From: a virus
Direction: 5' to 3' (one strand)
Length of the DNA: 10,744 nucleotides
Virus genome (UHGV): UHGV-1278612
Shown here: piece after piece, positions 8,290-10,744 of the stretch
Layout of the letters: every line of letters begins with the position of its first letter
Numbering within the stretch: the first letter of the stretch is position 1
The notes under the pieces: generated by a model
Seen by the model: the letters and a program-made list of their open reading frames with translations, nothing else
Databases searched by the model: none
Told to the model about the DNA's origin: nothing
Position numbers and translations under genes: made by a program

Positions 8290-9034
8290 TCTTCTCCTCC
8301 TCTGTTGATTGTCGCAGCCCGGATTCAAATGCCGCAGCCGCCCAGGCGGGCGGTTTAAGACCGGCTGCACGGCGCTCCATCGTTTCACGGACCTGCTGGG
8401 CAAAAATTTCCTGATAGTCGTCACCGCGTTTTGCGCACTCTTTCTCGTAGGTACTCAGTCCGGCTTCTATCAGCATCACCGCTTCCTGTACTTCTTTCAG
8501 ACCATCGATGGCCATACGACCGGAGCCTATCCAGTCGCAGTTCCCCCAGGCACTGCGGGCTTCCTGAAAACTGAAGCGCGCTTTTGAAGGTAACGTCACC
8601 ACGCGGCGGGCGATGGCCTCTTCCAGCCAGCACAGAAACATCTGGCTCGCCTGACGGGATGCGACGAATTTTCGCCGCCCCATAAAGTACGCCCACGACT
8701 CGTTCGCACTGGCCCGTGCCGTGGAGTAGCTCATCTGGGCGTAATTCCGGGAAAGCTGCTCATACGAGACACCCAGCCCGGCAGCGATATACCGCAGCAG
8801 TGACTGCTCAAACACGGAGTAGCCGTTATCCGTGTCCTGAGCCGTCTGCAGGTTCAGTGAGTCCCCCGGCATCAGGTGCGGCACTTTTGCGCCTCCCAGA
8901 CGGACCGGTGCTGCGGCGTAATACGCGGCAATTTCACCAATCCAGCCGGTCAGCTTGTCCCGCTGCTCCTGACTGTTCGCGCCCAGAATAAAATCCATCG
9001 CTGACTGCGTATCCAGCTCACTCTCAATGGTGGC
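8270..9034 (-). pseudogene. B: Portal protein gpB, 3' fragment (about codons 280-533); no native start, fused to antisense A sequence
   Basis: ORF 8270-9058 reads MFRLRGMLA followed by TIESELDTQSAMDFILGANSQEQRDKLTGWIGEIAAYYAAAPVRLGG...EEEKSDSRAA. The first 9 residues are antisense of the A fragment; the rest is the B C-terminus. The B N-terminal half is absent from this strand. Confidence 0.85.
8915..9034 (-). repeat. 120-bp inverted duplicate of 10498-10617 (B codons ~280-319)
   Basis: Reverse complement of 8915-9034 equals plus-strand 10498-10617; both ends checked base by base. Both copies encode TIESELDTQSAMDFILGANSQEQRDKLTGWIGEIAAYYA. Confidence 0.88.
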
Positions 9035-9664
<630 letters not shown>

Positions 9665-10135
9665 AAACGCCCACCATTCCCACCCTTCTGGGGCCGGACG
9701 GCATGACATCGCTGCGCGAATATGCCGGTTATCACGGCGGTGGCAGCGGATTTGGAGGGCAGTTGCGGTCGTGGAACCCACCGGGTGAAAGTGTGGATGC
9801 AGCCCTGTTGCCCAACTTTACCCGTGGCAATGCCCGCGCAGACGATCTGGTACGCAATAACGGCTATGCCGCCAACGCCATCCAGCTGCATCAGGATCAT
9901 ATCGTCGGGTCTTTTTTCCGGCTCAGTCATCGCCCAAGCTGGCGCTATCTGGGCATCGGGGAGGAAGAAGCCCGTGCCTTTTCCCGCGAGGTTGAAGCGG
10001 CATGGAAAGAGTTTGCCGAGGATGACTGCTGCTGCATTGACGTTGAGCGAAAACGCACGTTTACCATGATGATTCGGGAAGGTGTGGCCATGCACGCCTT
10101 TAACGGTGAACTGTTCGTTCAGGCCACCTGGGATA

Positions 10136-10262
10136 CCAGTCCGTCGCGGCTTTTCCGGACACAGTTCCGGATGGTCAGCCCGAAGCGCATCAGCAACCCG
10201 AACAATACCGGTGACAGCCGGAACTGCCGTGCCGGTGTGCAGATTAATGACAGCGGTGCGGC
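10136..10262 (+). repeat. Direct repeat copy 1 (source copy within B, codons ~159-201)
   Basis: 10136-10262 is identical to 10618-10744 at a 482-bp offset, checked at both ends. Confidence 0.88.
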
Positions 10263-10497
10263 GCTGGGATATTACGTCAGCGAGGACGGGTATCCTGGCT
10301 GGATGCCGCAGAAATGGACATGGATACCCCGTGAATTACCCGGCGGGCGCGCCTCGTTCATTCACGTTTTTGAACCCGTGGAGGACGGGCAGACCCGCGG
10401 TGCAAATGTGTTTTACAGCGTGATGGAGCAGATGAAGATGCTCGACACGCTGCAGAACACGCAGCTGCAGAGCGCCATTGTGAAGGCAATGTATGCC

Positions 10498-10617
10498 GCC
10501 ACCATTGAGAGTGAGCTGGATACGCAGTCAGCGATGGATTTTATTCTGGGCGCGAACAGTCAGGAGCAGCGGGACAAGCTGACCGGCTGGATTGGTGAAA
10601 TTGCCGCGTATTACGCC
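10498..10617 (+). repeat. 120-bp segment of B duplicated in inverted orientation at 8915-9034
   Basis: See feature 8915-9034. The plus-strand copy is flanked by correct B sequence on its 5' side only. Confidence 0.88.
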
Positions 10618-10744
10618 CCAGTCCGTCGCGGCTTTTCCGGACACAGTTCCGGATGGTCAGCCCGAAGCGCATCAGCAACCCGAACAATACCGGTGACAGC
10701 CGGAACTGCCGTGCCGGTGTGCAGATTAATGACAGCGGTGCGGC
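10618..10744 (+). repeat. Direct repeat copy 2, at least 127 bp, running off the window end
   Basis: ccagtccgtcgcggcttttccggacacag...gacagcggtgcggc repeats 10136-10262 exactly and begins right after tattacgcc (B codon 319). Confidence 0.88.

Noticed and set aside
6970-8424. Extended 484-aa ORF as the C gene
   Set aside because: The upstream 45 codons overlap the B 3' end in another frame, and the characteristic MTAELRN N-terminus aligns to the GTG at 8289. The longer ORF is a reading-frame extension.
9722-10423. Plus-strand ORFs 9722-10069 and 10082-10423
   Set aside because: Out-of-frame ORFs inside the B coding region. 10082-10423 is the +1 frame of B, the same frame entered after the 10617/10618 junction.

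Overview
This window is a lambda-like (lambdoid) phage or prophage late morphogenesis region, recognisable from the six-frame translations, but it is not collinear with the canonical lambda gene order. No novel biological system was found; the notable signal is three abrupt rearrangement junctions, each tied to an exact duplicated segment. Minus strand 41-9034 carries an uninterrupted block: tail tape measure H (first 709 codons), G and the G-T frameshift product, V, U, Z, FII, FI, E, D, C with nested Nu3, and the 3' 254 codons of portal B. Plus strand 9035-10617 carries the 3' end of terminase large subunit A, intact W, and the first 319 codons of B. The junctions are at 40/41 (fold-back inside H, 40-bp exact inverted repeat), about 9034/9035 (antisense B codon ~280 fused head-to-head to sense A, with a 120-bp inverted duplication of B), and 10617/10618 (B jumps back 482 bp into a direct repeat that runs to the window end). 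No intact B, A or H is present, and none of the junctions carries an IS element, att site or recombinase. The pattern fits either a genuinely rearranged, defective prophage or a chimeric or fold-back assembly artefact; sequence alone cannot decide. Protein identifications and codon positions relative to lambda are from memory, not from a search. No tRNA, rRNA, CRISPR array or transposase was seen.
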